64,000 nucleotides of DNA. Source: Nitrospirota bacterium (lineage in GTDB: Bacteria; Nitrospirota; UBA9217). This document shows, in pieces, positions 47,434-58,689 of the stretch. The stretch spans positions 1-64,000 of the forward strand of contig CAVUHW010000030.1 of NCBI GenBank assembly GCA_963741205.1. Reading direction: 5' to 3'. The notes under the pieces were generated by a model. That model saw nothing but the letters and a program-made list of their open reading frames with translations. It searched no databases and was not told where the DNA came from. The translations under genes were made by a program, and so were the position numbers. Within the stretch, counting starts at the first letter, position 1, and the number at the start of each line of letters is the position of its first letter.

Positions 47434-47499
47434 ATGCTTAGATGAAATTGAAAATTGGATAGTTGAATCTTTAAATCCAAATTTGCATGAGAGTTTCCC

Positions 47500-49617
47500 A
47501 TGAACGCTTTCACCTACGAAATAGACAAAGATGGAATCGCTATCCTGACCTTCGACCTCCCCGGAGAAAAGGTCAATAAACTCACGACGCCGGTGATGCA
47601 GGAACTCGGACCCTTCTGGACGAACTCGCTTCGAAGAAGGAGATCAAGGCCCTCGTGTTCCGGAGCGGCAAGGAAGGGAACTTCATCGTCGGCGCCGATA
47701 TCGCCGAGATCAGGGGGATCACGGACACCGCAACCGGCGAACAGCTGTCGCGGCGAGGACAGGCCGTTTTAAGCAAGCTCGAATCGCTCCCCTTCCCGAC
47801 CGTGGCCGCCATCCACGGCCCTTGCATGGGCGGTGGCCTGGAACTCGCCCTCGCCTGCGCGTACCGCGTCATCAGCAACGATCCGAAAACAGCGCTCGCC
47901 CTTCCTGAGGTCAAACTCGGCATCATCCCCGGGTTCGGCGGGACCCAGCGCCTGCCGCGCCTCGTCGGCCTCACAAACGCCCTCGACATGATCCTGACAG
48001 GTAAGTCCGTCTACGCGAAGAAAGCGGGGAAGATCGGGCTTGCGGACGAGGTGACGTATAAGGAGATCCTGCTCGACCGGGCAAAAATCATGGCAAAGAA
48101 AGCCGTCGGAAAACCGCGGCCGACGAAAGTCAGGGCAAGAAGGCCGCTCGCGGTCACACTGATCGAGGGGAACTCCGCTTACGCGGCCCCTCGTCTTCCG
48201 CATGGCGGAAAAGAACGTGATCAGAGGAAACTCGCGGCAATTACCCTGCCCCGCTTGCGGCATTGGAGTCGGTCCGCTACGGATTTGCGCACACAAGGGA
48301 AGATGGATATCTGAAGGAAGCGAGGCTCCTGGCCGAACTCGCCCCGACCGAGGTATCGAAGAACCTCATCTCCGTCTTCTACCTGAATGAGACGCTCAAG
48401 AAAGACCCGCATCCTTCTTCGGTGAAAGTCTCTTCCGCGGGCGTATTCGGCGCAGGCGTGATGGGCGGCGGCATTGCCCAGCTCTTTGCGGAAAAGGGCA
48501 TTACGGTCAGGATGAAGGACATCAATACCAAAGCGGTGGGCTCAGGCTTGAAAGAAGCCTGGGAGATATTCGGAAAGAGACGAAACAAAGGGATCCTCAC
48601 CGCGATCCAGGCCCGCGACGGCTTCGACCGCATCACGGGGACCACGGACTACACAGGCTTCGGAAAGGCCGAGCTGGCAGTCGAGGCCGTGGTCGAAAAC
48701 ATGGACATCAAAAAATCCGTGCTGCAAGATTTCGAACAGATGCCGGGGACAGCGGCGATCTATGCATCGAACACCTCGTCCCTCTCCATAACCGAGATGG
48801 CGACAGCATCACAGCGGCCCGAACGCGTCGTCGGCATGCACTTCTTCAATCCCGTTGAAAAGATGCCGCTCGTCGAAGTGGTGCGGGGAAAGAAGACATC
48901 GGAGGAGACCGTTGCCGCCATTGCAACGCTCTCGACGGAGGCTCGGAAAGCTCCCGGTGATCGTAAACGACGGCCCCGGCTTCCTCGTGAACCGCATCCT
49001 GATGACATACCTTGAAGAAGCGGTCACGATGCTTGAACAGGGAGGGACTATCGAGGGCATCGACGGTCCGCTCCTCAAATTCGGCATGCCCATGGGCGCC
49101 TTCATCCTGCTCGACGAGATCGGCATCGACATCGCGCACAAAGTCTCCGAGATACTCTATAAGGGACTGGGTGACCGCGTCAAACCCGGCAGCCTCCTCG
49201 GAGCGCTTTATAAGGACGGATATCTCGGCAAGAAAAACGGGAAAGGCTTCTATATATATGAGGGAAGAAAAAGGGGCGGACCGGATGCTTCTGTGTACGG
49301 CAAGATATCGTCCCGGGGGAAAGAAACGATCAGTCCTGAAGAAATCGTTGACCGGGCCATGCTGCTCATGGTCAAGGAAGCCGCGCTCTGCCTGGAGGAG
49401 AAGATCATCGACAGGCCGGACCTCCTGGATGCCTCGCTCATCTTCGGCATAGGGTTCCCGCCCTTCCGCGGCGGCCTGCTCAGGTACGCGGACAAGATCG
49501 GCGCGAAGACCATCGTAGAAAAGCTCGAAGGGTTTGCGAAGAAGTACGGCGACCGGTTCACGCCGCCCGCAGTCGCTCGTGGAGATGGCGAAAACGGGGA
49601 AGGGATTTTATTCGTAA
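47500..49617 (+). CDS. Fatty acid oxidation multifunctional enzyme (FadJ/FadB-like), several frameshifts
   Basis: GGGLELALAC, PEVKLGIIPG, GAGVMGGG, SNTSSL, GMHFFNP. Confidence 0.92.
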
Positions 49618-49808
49618 ATAAAAAGGATAATGTTCAAGACGTTCTCCGCGATCACTCGTCGGTGAGACTTTGACATTGCGCCCTCGTGAGAGAGCTGCCA
49701 AAAGCAAAGCTGGAATGCCGTTGTCGTAAAAGGAGGGTTCTCCTTGATGGTTACGATGATTAAAGGAAGTGTGACGGTATGTCAAGGAGATATTCGGGGA
49801 GATAACTA

Positions 49809-50213
49809 CTACGTTATCCATTCCACTGCCACGTCAGCGCCGAACTTCTTGAATTCCGGGTCGCCGGTCACGACCTTTGCTTTTTTCCGTACACCGAGAG
49901 CGGCCGCGAAACAGTCCGCGTAAGCGACGGCGTGTACGCCCTTGAGTCTCGCCGCTTCTCTGGTCATGTCCGTATCGGCGTCAACGATGGAGATCGGAAG
50001 CTGCTCCGCGATGAACCACACCTCGTCCGCTTGTTCGCGGCCCCGTTCCCGTAGCGTATTATAGTAGACCTCGCCGAGATTGATGACCGAGAGAAAGAGC
50101 TTCGTCTTGCCCGCCTGAGCCGCTTTCAGTATTTTTCTGACCTGCTCTCCGCCGGCCTCGTCTTCAAAATGCGCCAGCAGCGCATAGCTGTCCAGGACAT
50201 AGGCGCTATCCAC
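49809..50213 (-). CDS. PIN-domain VapC toxin
   Basis: YVLDSYA, INLGEVYY, YADCFAA, VTGDPEF. Confidence 0.9.
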   Translation of the reverse strand: MDSAYVLDSYALLAHFEDEAGGEQVRKILKAAQAGKTKLFLSVINLGEVYYNTLRERGREQADEVWFIAEQLPISIVDADTDMTREAARLKGVHAVAYADCFAAALGVRKKAKVVTGDPEFKKFGADVAVEWIT

Positions 50214-50442
50214 GCCTGGCCTCCTCGCGCCTGTCCTTGAGCAGGGCCTTTGTCAGAGACGTTTTTCCCTTCAATATGCCCCGGGATGCCTCGACCGGGT
50301 CGTCGGGGAGCGGTTTCAGCAGGATCACATTCCCCGCGCCTTCGGATATTGCGACCCGCGTGCCTTTTTTGATGTTGAACTTCTTCCTGAGCTCGGCAGG
50401 AATGATTACCTGTCCCTTGATAGTAGCCTTTGAGATGGTCAT
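50206..50442 (-). CDS. AbrB-type antitoxin
   Basis: KGQVIIPAELRKK; overlaps vapC. Confidence 0.9.
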   Translation of the reverse strand: MTISKATIKGQVIIPAELRKKFNIKKGTRVAISEGAGNVILLKPLPDDPVEASRGILKGKTSLTKALLKDRREEARRG

Positions 50443-50599
50443 GGTATACCTCCTCCCTGTTTGTTATACCATGATACCTGAAAGGTATACGTTCTGTCAA
50501 CGACATACATTACAGAATCGGAAGCACCAAAATACGGGGTGAAATTAATGAGGAGGGCGAGAGGCAGGCGACGGGGCGCGGGATTGCGCCCGACGCCCT

Positions 50600-50785
50600 T
50601 TATCCCTTCTCGATCGTGATGGCGTAGTAGGGACATACCAGGAGGACGCCCTTGTCCCTCTCGGCGTCGAACTTGTCGGCATTGATGACCCACGCCTTGT
50701 CGTCGCGCATCTCGAAGAACATGGGATACGCGTCGGCGCAGCCGCCGCATCCCTGGCATAAGCCGTAATCGATATTCGGGACCAT
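50600..50785 (-). CDS. Single-cluster ferredoxin
   Basis: CQGCGGC ... CP..AI. Confidence 0.85.
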   Translation of the reverse strand: MVPNIDYGLCQGCGGCADAYPMFFEMRDDKAWVINADKFDAERDKGVLLVCPYYAITIEKG

Positions 50786-50825
50786 GACCCGCCCTCGCTT
50801 TCTTCTGCCGCTGTTCCTCTCAGGT

Positions 50826-51047
50826 TCACTTCTTCGCTATCTTGACCTTCCAGACCGCCGGCCCCTGTTCGAGATACTCCCATTCGAACAGGCCTTCGCG
50901 CTCATGCAGGAAACTGTAGTAGAGCGGCTTCGGGTCATGATCGTTGACCAGAACGAACGCCTCGCCCTTCTTCATTTCGTCGAAGGTCGCAAAGATCACC
51001 GGGTGTCTTTCCTTTGGGATGATTACGGTAACATCTAACTCACGCAT
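50826..51047 (-). CDS. DUF2249 domain protein
   Basis: RHP.IF..FD, VNDHDPKPL, YLEQGP.VW. Confidence 0.88.
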   Translation of the reverse strand: MRELDVTVIIPKERHPVIFATFDEMKKGEAFVLVNDHDPKPLYYSFLHEREGLFEWEYLEQGPAVWKVKIAKK

Positions 51048-51255
51048 GGCTCGTCTCCTCTTGTTGTCGATGCGGCAAAACATCTCCGCATCAACAGAAT
51101 AGAATGATATATCTGGAATAACTATAGAACAAACAGAGGAGGTTCGCTATGACTCAGGTCATATCCTTTTTATCGAGGCGGGAAATGGGAAGGTTGGGTT
51201 CCGGCATCACCGGACCCAACCACGGGACAAGACTCTATCGCTGGCTGAAGGATGC

Positions 51256-51725
51256 CTAAGCGGAAACGTACTCTCGTGAGTACTCGTTGCCCGCGATGTA
51301 GTTTTCGAGGTCGGCAATCGCTTTTTCCTGCTCCGACATGATCGTGTTGACCACGTCGCCGATACTCACGACGCCCCGAAGCAGATCATGATCCACAACC
51401 GGAAGATGGCGGATGCGGTTTATGGTCATCAGCACCATACAGTCCTGCATTGAAGCATCCATGCCGACGGAGATCGGCGGGCTGCTCATCAGTTCCCGCA
51501 CTGTCGTGCCCTTGGACGACTTGCCTTTGAGAATCACCTTGCGGGCATAATCCCGTTCCGAAAAAACGCCGATAAGCCTTCCATCCTCCACAACGAGCAG
51601 CGCCCCGATGTTCTTGTCCGCCATGATCTCCAAGGCGTCATACGTCGTTGCCTCGGGGCCGACTGCGATGAACCCCTGTCCTTCTTTGACCGCAACACCT
51701 GACTGACGGTAATGGCTGTGTACAT
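51256..51725 (-). CDS. CBS-pair domain protein (frameshift near 51650)
   Basis: NIGALLV, FSERDYARK, RHLPVV, SIGDVV. Confidence 0.9.
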
Positions 51726-51795
51726 ATGCGTTCCCTCCTTTCGTTACTCGGAATGATACTGATGACTAAAAAGGCCGGGTATGCCTCAGATTCAT

Positions 51796-51881
51796 GTCTT
51801 TCGGCAACTCGGCCTCCCTCCCCCCGGGGAAGATGCGTCCGCTGTTTTCACCCCTCTTGCGAAGGCGGTTTTATCGAGATA
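51796..51881 (-). ncRNA. Candidate GEMM-I-like (cyclic dinucleotide) riboswitch, atypical
   Basis: In the 5' leader after TTGACA-N17-TATAGA; TCGATAA..stem-GCAA-stem..GCCGAGTTGCCGAAA. Confidence 0.4.
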
Positions 51882-52041
51882 GGCCGTTCATTCTTGACAC
51901 ATCTATAACACTCGACAGTATCCCTGTCAAATTCTATTTAAGAACAGCATATTATCTCAATCTAGCTTTTGAGTTGTCTTTTGTAGTATCTGAATGCGGG
52001 AAATGGGGGCAGGTGATCATCAAACACAACATGCGGGAAAA

Positions 52042-52828
52042 TTAGGTATTCGGGTCCGGTCCGGGGGTTTGCTTATGATCCATACCGCTGAAAACGATTT
52101 TGCCGATGTATTCCTTGAGCTCGGTCGACGCCTTGAGGGCCGCCTGGATCACTGACGGATCGTAGACCCTCCCTGATGCCCGGACGATTTCCTCCAACGC
52201 GTCCTCGAACGAGACCGCCTCGCGGTAGGTCCGTTTTACCGTGAGCGCGTCAAGGGCGTCGGCCACGGCGAAGACCCTGGCCCCGTGCGGGATGTCGTCA
52301 CCCTTGAGGCCCCTGGGATAGCCTGTCCCGTCGAAATGCTCATGATGGCAGCGGATGATCTCGGGCGGCATGGGCAAAGTAGCCGATGTGGCTGATGATC
52401 CGAAAGCCGATTTCCGGGTGTCTGCGCATAATGATTTGCTCTTCGGCAGTCAGGGGCCCCGGTTTGTGAAGCACGGCGTCGGGGACGCCGATCTTGCCGA
52501 TATCGTGGAGCAGCGCGCCGCAGTACAGGTCCACAAGGTCCCTGCCGTGGACTTCGCAGGCGTTTGCGATGATGAGGGAGTACTCGGTCACCCGGAGGGA
52601 ATGGTTGCCGACCTCATGCTCGCGGGCGTCGATGGCGTTCACGAAGGCCTCGAGCGTCACGAGGTAGGCGGTATCGATATGATGGACGATGCCTTCGAGA
52701 TAGGTATCGCTGAAATAGCAGTGCTCGCAGCGGTAGGTGCCGTCCGGCCTCATGACGTACCGGTTCTCTTCGATCGGCCCCCCGCAGTTCGGGCATGAAT
52801 GGATGTGCTCCACTTCCGGTACGGGCAT
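52042..52828 (-). CDS. HD-GYP phosphodiesterase with an N-terminal Zn-ribbon (frameshift near 52375)
   Basis: CPNC..CEHC; HS.RV, LLHDIGK, HHEHFDGTGYP. Confidence 0.9.
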
Positions 52829-52998
52829 GTTTTTAGCGTATCAGCGGCCGCATCGTTTGTCAATGGGAGGAAGTGCCCGTTTTTGCAAAAAGAAGACACA
52901 TCGACTATAATAGCAATACAGTCTCTAGAATTTTTGCACTTTCAATTTTCCAATTTTCAATTCTGCTTTCTTCGGGTTGGGGAAGGACATGCATGCTT

Positions 52999-53250
52999 AT
53001 GGACACGATGGAAAGGATCAGGAGGCTTTTTATCGACCGGATCGACATCAGGGAAGAGCTGGTGAAGCCGGAGGTTACGCTGGAAAGCCTGGGCCTCGAT
53101 TCTCTGGATAAGATTGAGTTCCTGTTTTCCCTCGAGGAAGAATTCCACATCAAGATCGACGATCGGTCGAAGACGATAGCAACGATCCAGAACGTGGCCG
53201 ACCTGGTCGATACCATCGTGGCAGAGCAGCGGCCCGGGGTACGGGCATAA
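52999..53250 (+). CDS. Acyl carrier protein
   Basis: LGLDSLD..E.....EEEF.I.I. Confidence 0.9.
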   Translation: MDTMERIRRLFIDRIDIREELVKPEVTLESLGLDSLDKIEFLFSLEEEFHIKIDDRSKTIATIQNVADLVDTIVAEQRPGVRA

Positions 53251-53260
53251 GGAGCCCATC

Positions 53261-54492
53261 GTGAAACGTGTCGCCGTAACAGGCGTGGGTGTCATCTCCC
53301 CTGTGGGAAATACCGCCGAGGTCTTTTTCCACAACCTTGCGGCCGGCAGGTCGGGCATCCGCAGGATTTCCTCGGATTTTGCGGACCGCCTCTCGGTCAC
53401 CGTCGCGGCGGAATCTACGTTCAGAGGAGAGGACTACTATTCGAAAAAGCAACTCGGCCTCCTCGACCGGGCGAGCCAGATGGCGCTGGCCGCCGCGTCC
53501 CAGGCATGGACCGATTCCGGCCTGGATCTCAGCGATGAGGAAAAACATCGCTCCGGCGTTTACATGGGAACGGGGATGGGCGGCGCAAACTCGCTCGATG
53601 AGATGTTCGGCAAATTATACAGAGAAGATGTTGCGCGGGTCAGCCCTCTTTTTGTCACGAAAATCATGTCGAATGCTCCCGCCTCCCACATTTCCATTCA
53701 GTACGGCCTCTCCGGCCCCTGCCTTACTTTTTCCACGGCCTGTTCCTCCTCCTCCGTGTCTATCGGCGAGGCCTTTCGTCAGATCAAGGCCGGTTACGCC
53801 GACATCATCCTCGCCGGCGGCGCCGAGAGCCTTCTAGCCTACGGGTCCTTCAAATGCTGGGAATCGCTCGGCGTACTCGCGCCCGAAGACGCGGAAAATC
53901 CGGCTGCCTCCTGCAGGCCATTTTCCAGGGACCGGGCCGGTTTTGTACTCGGTGAAGGAGCAGCCGTCGTGGTGCTGGAAGATATGGAGCGGGCAAGAAA
54001 GCGCGGGGCGGTCATCTATGCCGAACTTGCCGGCTACGGATCGACGTCGGATGCCCATCATATCACGAGCCCCTCCGTGGCGGGTCAGGCGCGGGCAATG
54101 CTGCGTGGCACTGGAGGAGGCGGAAACATCGACCGACGAGATCGATTATATAAACGCACACGGGACCGCGACGACCAAAAACGACATCGTGGAAACCCAG
54201 GCGATCAAGGAAGTCTTCGGCGCCCGGGCAAAGTCCATCCCGGCCAGTTCAACAAAATCCATGCACGGACATCTGCTGGGGGCAACAGGCGCGGTGGAAT
54301 TCGTGGCGGCCCTCCTCGCCATGAAACATCAAACAATCCCCCCCACGGCTTATCTCCGGGTACCTGACCCCGAATGCGATCTCGATTATGTACCGAATGT
54401 CGGGAAGGATGGGAGTGCGGGTGAGGACGATCATGTCCAATTCTTTCGCCTTCGGAGGAACGAATGCCGTGCTGGTTGCGAAGGCGGTATAA
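53261..54492 (+). CDS. fabF: Beta-ketoacyl-ACP synthase II family (frameshifted)
   Basis: TACSSS, INAHGTAT, KSMHGHLLGA, NSFAFGG. Confidence 0.88.
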
Positions 54493-54515
54493 GCTGCGCA
54501 GATGCTGTTTTGCGC

Positions 54516-54615
54516 CTACCTTTTTCCCAGAAAATACGCATGGGCGGAGAGCCCTGCGCCGAAAGCGACCATGATGCACCGCTCTCAGGAGGCGATCCCC
54601 TTTCCGAGTTCCTGC
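54516..54615 (-). repeat. Degenerate duplicate of the type III PKS 3' end (55474-55576)
   Basis: Encodes CIMVAFGAGLSAHAY again. Confidence 0.8.
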
Positions 54616-54642
54616 GTACTTGTCCTTAATCACGCAGGTTTT

Positions 54643-55377
54643 TCACGGGTTGATTGCCTCACGTGGAAGCAGCTTGGAGAAACGCGGATCGACGGAGAGG
54701 TCGGATTTAAGGACCTCATTGCGCAAATTCCTGAACGTCGTTTTCGGCCAGTCTTTTAGGAAGTAGTTAACGAGCCATTTCGGGATCCACCCTTTCGGGT
54801 CGCAGAGAAACTCCGCGTCGACCTTCGTTTTTGTGTCGTTCTCGGTAAAACTCAGGACAAAGGTCGCGTCGATCAGTTCGCCGCGAATATAGCTGGTACG
54901 TGGGGCAGAGGGGTCGTCTGATGGCTGATAATGGAAGGTCATCTCCCTCCTGGACTGATTGAAGCTCATGTTGATTTTCGACACAAAATCACGATCCCTG
55001 AAGAAGATCGGCATTCTAATGTGATCGTACTCAACGACATTGTCCTGGTCTTCCCAACGGATGATCCTGGTATCGACGAGGCCCTCGATCCATTCCCGCC
55101 GCCTGTCGGTATCAAAGATGATCGTCGCTACTAAGGGCAACGGCGCTTCGACGATGCCGACACCGCGAAATGCTATTAGCCTGTCGCCCATTTCCTTCTG
55201 AAAAATTTGAATGCCGTCGGTCGTTACGTCAACAGTGCTCCACTCGGCCCCGTGGGAAAGGTGAGCCAGGAGCACAAAAAGTGCGATACAGCCTGCCATC
55301 CGTCCCCAGCGACCACTCGAATCGCTCCAAGAGGATTCTCTAGGTGCTCTCCATTTTATAAGACGAGGGTCGCTCAT
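54643..55377 (-). CDS. Exported START-domain lipid-binding protein
   Basis: Hydrophobic leader; FRG.G.V, RDRDFV, DPKGWIPKWLVN. Confidence 0.82.
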   Translation of the reverse strand: MSDPRLIKWRAPRESSWSDSSGRWGRMAGCIALFVLLAHLSHGAEWSTVDVTTDGIQIFQKEMGDRLIAFRGVGIVEAPLPLVATIIFDTDRRREWIEGLVDTRIIRWEDQDNVVEYDHIRMPIFFRDRDFVSKINMSFNQSRREMTFHYQPSDDPSAPRTSYIRGELIDATFVLSFTENDTKTKVDAEFLCDPKGWIPKWLVNYFLKDWPKTTFRNLRNEVLKSDLSVDPRFSKLLPREAINP

Positions 55378-55473
55378 TTTGAGGCATTATGATCTTTTTC
55401 TTTCGAATAGGTTTTGTTCTTAAGAATTCCCGCTCTCGCCACTGTCCCGGGACAATCAGGCTGAAGCCCGGGC

Positions 55474-56540
55474 CTACCTTTTCTTTAGCAGATACGCATG
55501 GGCCGAGAGCCCGGCGCCGAAGGCGACCATGATGCACCACTCTCCGGGAGCGATCCCTCTTTTTTCGAGTTCCTGCAGGACGAACCAGACCGTGGGCGAC
55601 GACATGTTGCCGTGTTCGGAAAGGACCGTGCGCGTGGCCTGCACCTGCTCATCCGACAATCCGATTTCGTCGCGCACGGCATTGATGATCTTCTCTCCGC
55701 CGGTGTGAAGCGCCCAGTGATTGATATCCCGGGGCTGTGAGCGACCGGGGCGCCAGGAGGTCGGCAACGACCTGGGCCGCGGCTTTTCTGACATAGTCCG
55801 GCAGCCTGAGCGATAGCTGGTTGTAGAGCTGGCCCTTCTTGTGCACAAAACGTATGGAGTCGCGCTGCTCCGGCACATACCTGCTTGCAGATGCGACGAG
55901 TTCATATCCCTCGGGCTTCGTCCAGACCACGGCGGCCGCGGCGCCGTCCCCAAAAAGAGTATTCGACAAGAGCAGGCTCAAGTCGTCTTCCATCTGAAAC
56001 GTAGCGGTACAGATCTCCACGGACACGCTCACCACCACGCCGCCGTTCTGCCCTGCCAGAGAACCGGCGATCTCAAGGTTGGGGATAGCTCCGCCGCATC
56101 CGCTTCCCACGAGGTCGTATACTCGCGCGCTCCGGGAAAGGCCCAGCTTTTCGATCAGATAAGTCGAGATGCCGGGGCAGATGTACCCCGTGCAGGTGTT
56201 CACGACGAGACCTGAGACATCTCCGGCTCCCAGTCCGACTTGTTCAAGCGCCCGGTTGATCGCCTGCGCCGAAAGTTCCTGGGACCAGTGCGTGAACCGG
56301 GCAACGCGGGCATCGAGGTCTTCATCCACGAGATTTTCGACATTGTCGATCGCAAAGTTCCGCTGTCCTGATGCTCGGATGGGAAAAAAGGGCGTGGATG
56401 AGCGACAGGCTCCGGGAACTCAGCCTTCCTTTATAGTGCTTGTACGCCAGTTGTTGGAGCACGTCTTGACTCACCGCATGGGGGGGTGTTGCCGTAGCAA
56501 CGGACGCGATATGCGGACTGGACGTATTTGATGATTTCAT
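55474..56540 (-). CDS. Type III polyketide synthase (frameshifted)
   Basis: Cys-His-Asn triad: GSGCGG, WALHTGG, HGNMSSPT; FGDGAAA; AFGAG. Confidence 0.92.
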
Positions 56541-56593
56541 GGTCAAAGCTCGGCCTCCGGCCGCAAGCAGACTCAGATTTCCATACTGCAAAC

Positions 56594-56690
56594 GTTACGG
56601 GTTGTTGGATTTTCGGGTTACGGGTTGCGAGGTGCGGGGTGCGGGTTAGAATCTAACGCGCAACACGCAAAGGGCAACTCGCAACTGATT
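56594..56690. repeat. Heptamer-based intergenic palindrome (GGGTTRC units)
   Basis: gttacgggtt..gggttacgggttgcgaggtgcgggg ... aacgcgcaacacgcaa..caactcgcaac. Confidence 0.65.
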
Positions 56691-56737
56691 TTCCTCACCG
56701 TGCAACTGACAATGAAAAGATTCGCTCGCACACTTCC

Positions 56738-58162
56738 TTATACATCCATACCGATAAACCTGAGTCCCCTTCTTATATGGCGCGTGTACCGCCAGAGCGG
56801 CGCTCTGAGGCCGAGCCAATGCCCCAGCCGCGTGATCTGCGGAAGATAAGGGAACGAGAAGGAATCGGAATTCACAAAGTTCATGTGACTTCCCATGGAC
56901 CTTCCCACTTCCCGCATGATCCAGTCCGCATCCACCTCGGGAGAGACGTAGAACACCGGTTTGAGCATGTCGGCCGGAGGTAGGGAAAGCAGGCCCTGGC
57001 CGCGCGCGATGGATTCGAGCTCCGTACCCGGATAGATCCGAATTCCGACGTTGAAGAGCGCTGTATCCTGCGGCCTGATGGCGGTCTCCGCGAAGCTCAG
57101 GGTTTCCCTCACCGTCTCCTGGGTCTCTCCCGGCCCCCCAAGCAGGAAGATCCACATGCACGGCAGCCGATGGCCTCTGACCACTGCCGCTGCCGCGTGG
57201 ACCTCGCGCGCGGTGAACCCTTTTTTAAGACTGCGGAGAACAGGGTCGGAAGCGCTCTCCACCGTGAGTCCGAACCCGACGAACCCGGCCCGTTCCATGG
57301 TTGACAGTAGCTCATGATCGAAGGAGGCCGGGTTCAGCTCAAGGCTCTGGAAACGGGCCTGCGGCTGCGCTCGTATAAGGGCCTCGCACACGGCAATCGC
57401 GTGGTCGTAGGGGGCGTTGAAGACATTGTCGACGAACTCGATATCGGTAAGCCCCGAGGACGCAAAGCTGAGGGCGGCCTCAGCCGCGCTCCCGGGGTCC
57501 AGCAGGCGGTAGATGCCGCCTTCGATCTTTCGGTACGTGCAGTAGACGCACTGGAATCGGCACCCGAGTTTCGTCTGAAGAGGGACCGTGGACAAATAAG
57601 AGCGGTATGCCTTCATGTTCAGCCAGCGCAGATAATCCGGCGCCGTACAAATACCGCACGATCCGCTTGCGGGCGGATTTATTCTGAAGACGCCGTCATC
57701 CAAAGAGGCAACGCCGGGCAGATCGTTGCATGGTTCGCGACTGGCCAGTTTTTCCAGCAGCCGCGGCATTACAACCACGCCGTCCCCGATCACCGCCCGG
57801 GAGACTCGCGTTGTCCTGAGTATCTCCTCCGGCATGACCGCCAGCGCGGTCCCGCCCATGATGATGGGCGCGTCCGTCTCCGCGCGGACTGCATCGACGA
57901 GGTTTATAAGGTCGTTGATGAAGTATCGCGGCCCTCCCATTTCGACATTGTCGATGTTCCGCACCGACAGTCCTATGACATCGTAAGTCGCCGCATTGAC
58001 CGTCTTTTTAATCGCTCGCAGAGGGTCGGCTTCGAACATCAGGTCAAGCAGCGAAACGGAGTGTCCTGCCCTCTCCGCGGCCTCGGCGATCATACATGCG
58101 CCAGACGGCAGGACGGGCACGGGATATTGGTTTCGATTTGTGCAGATGATCAGAATATTCAT
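56738..58162 (-). CDS. B12-binding radical SAM protein (lipid-biosynthesis-associated type)
   Basis: N-terminal B12 domain with SVRNIDNV; QTKLGCRFQCVYCTY; FVDNVFN; GGPGET. Confidence 0.88.
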   Translation of the reverse strand: MNILIICTNRNQYPVPVLPSGACMIAEAAERAGHSVSLLDLMFEADPLRAIKKTVNAATYDVIGLSVRNIDNVEMGGPRYFINDLINLVDAVRAETDAPIIMGGTALAVMPEEILRTTRVSRAVIGDGVVVMPRLLEKLASREPCNDLPGVASLDDGVFRINPPASGSCGICTAPDYLRWLNMKAYRSYLSTVPLQTKLGCRFQCVYCTYRKIEGGIYRLLDPGSAAEAALSFASSGLTDIEFVDNVFNAPYDHAIAVCEALIRAQPQARFQSLELNPASFDHELLSTMERAGFVGFGLTVESASDPVLRSLKKGFTAREVHAAAAVVRGHRLPCMWIFLLGGPGETQETVRETLSFAETAIRPQDTALFNVGIRIYPGTELESIARGQGLLSLPPADMLKPVFYVSPEVDADWIMREVGRSMGSHMNFVNSDSFSFPYLPQITRLGHWLGLRAPLWRYTRHIRRGLRFIGMDV

Positions 58163-58689
58163 ACGCGGGATGCCTCCGGCAAGGAAAGAGCCGGGGCGGG
58201 CGAAACGCAACACCTTGTTTAATGATACAGCGCTAATCTGGCATGTCAACCCCGATGTTGCATTAATCAGTCCCCACAAACAGACACCACGATACGTTCC
58301 ATCTGCTTAACCCTCATTTCAGGACCTTCAACCACGGGGACTGCAAGCGCATGAGAAACTTGCCGAAAACCCGAAATTTGCTTGACTTTTTCGTAATTTA
58401 CGATATGCTTAGGTAAGTGCACCTTGCGACTTTGTGCTTTGTCTGCCTAAGAGAAAAAGGGCCGTCAGGTCCTGATTTTCAACGATGGTCCATAGATGGA
58501 TCACACCGCCAGCGCGAAAGCTCAAAGTTGAAATGCTCACTATAAACTCGCCAACATGATGACAAGATGCAGCTTCTGATTTCTTTGATAAAGCGCGTCC
58601 ATCCCAGTCAATCGAGGTTAAGGGTATTTCAGGGTCAATGTTATCTCGCCCGGAATCTCCTCTTCAGGATGGATGCCCAAGGAGTTGCA

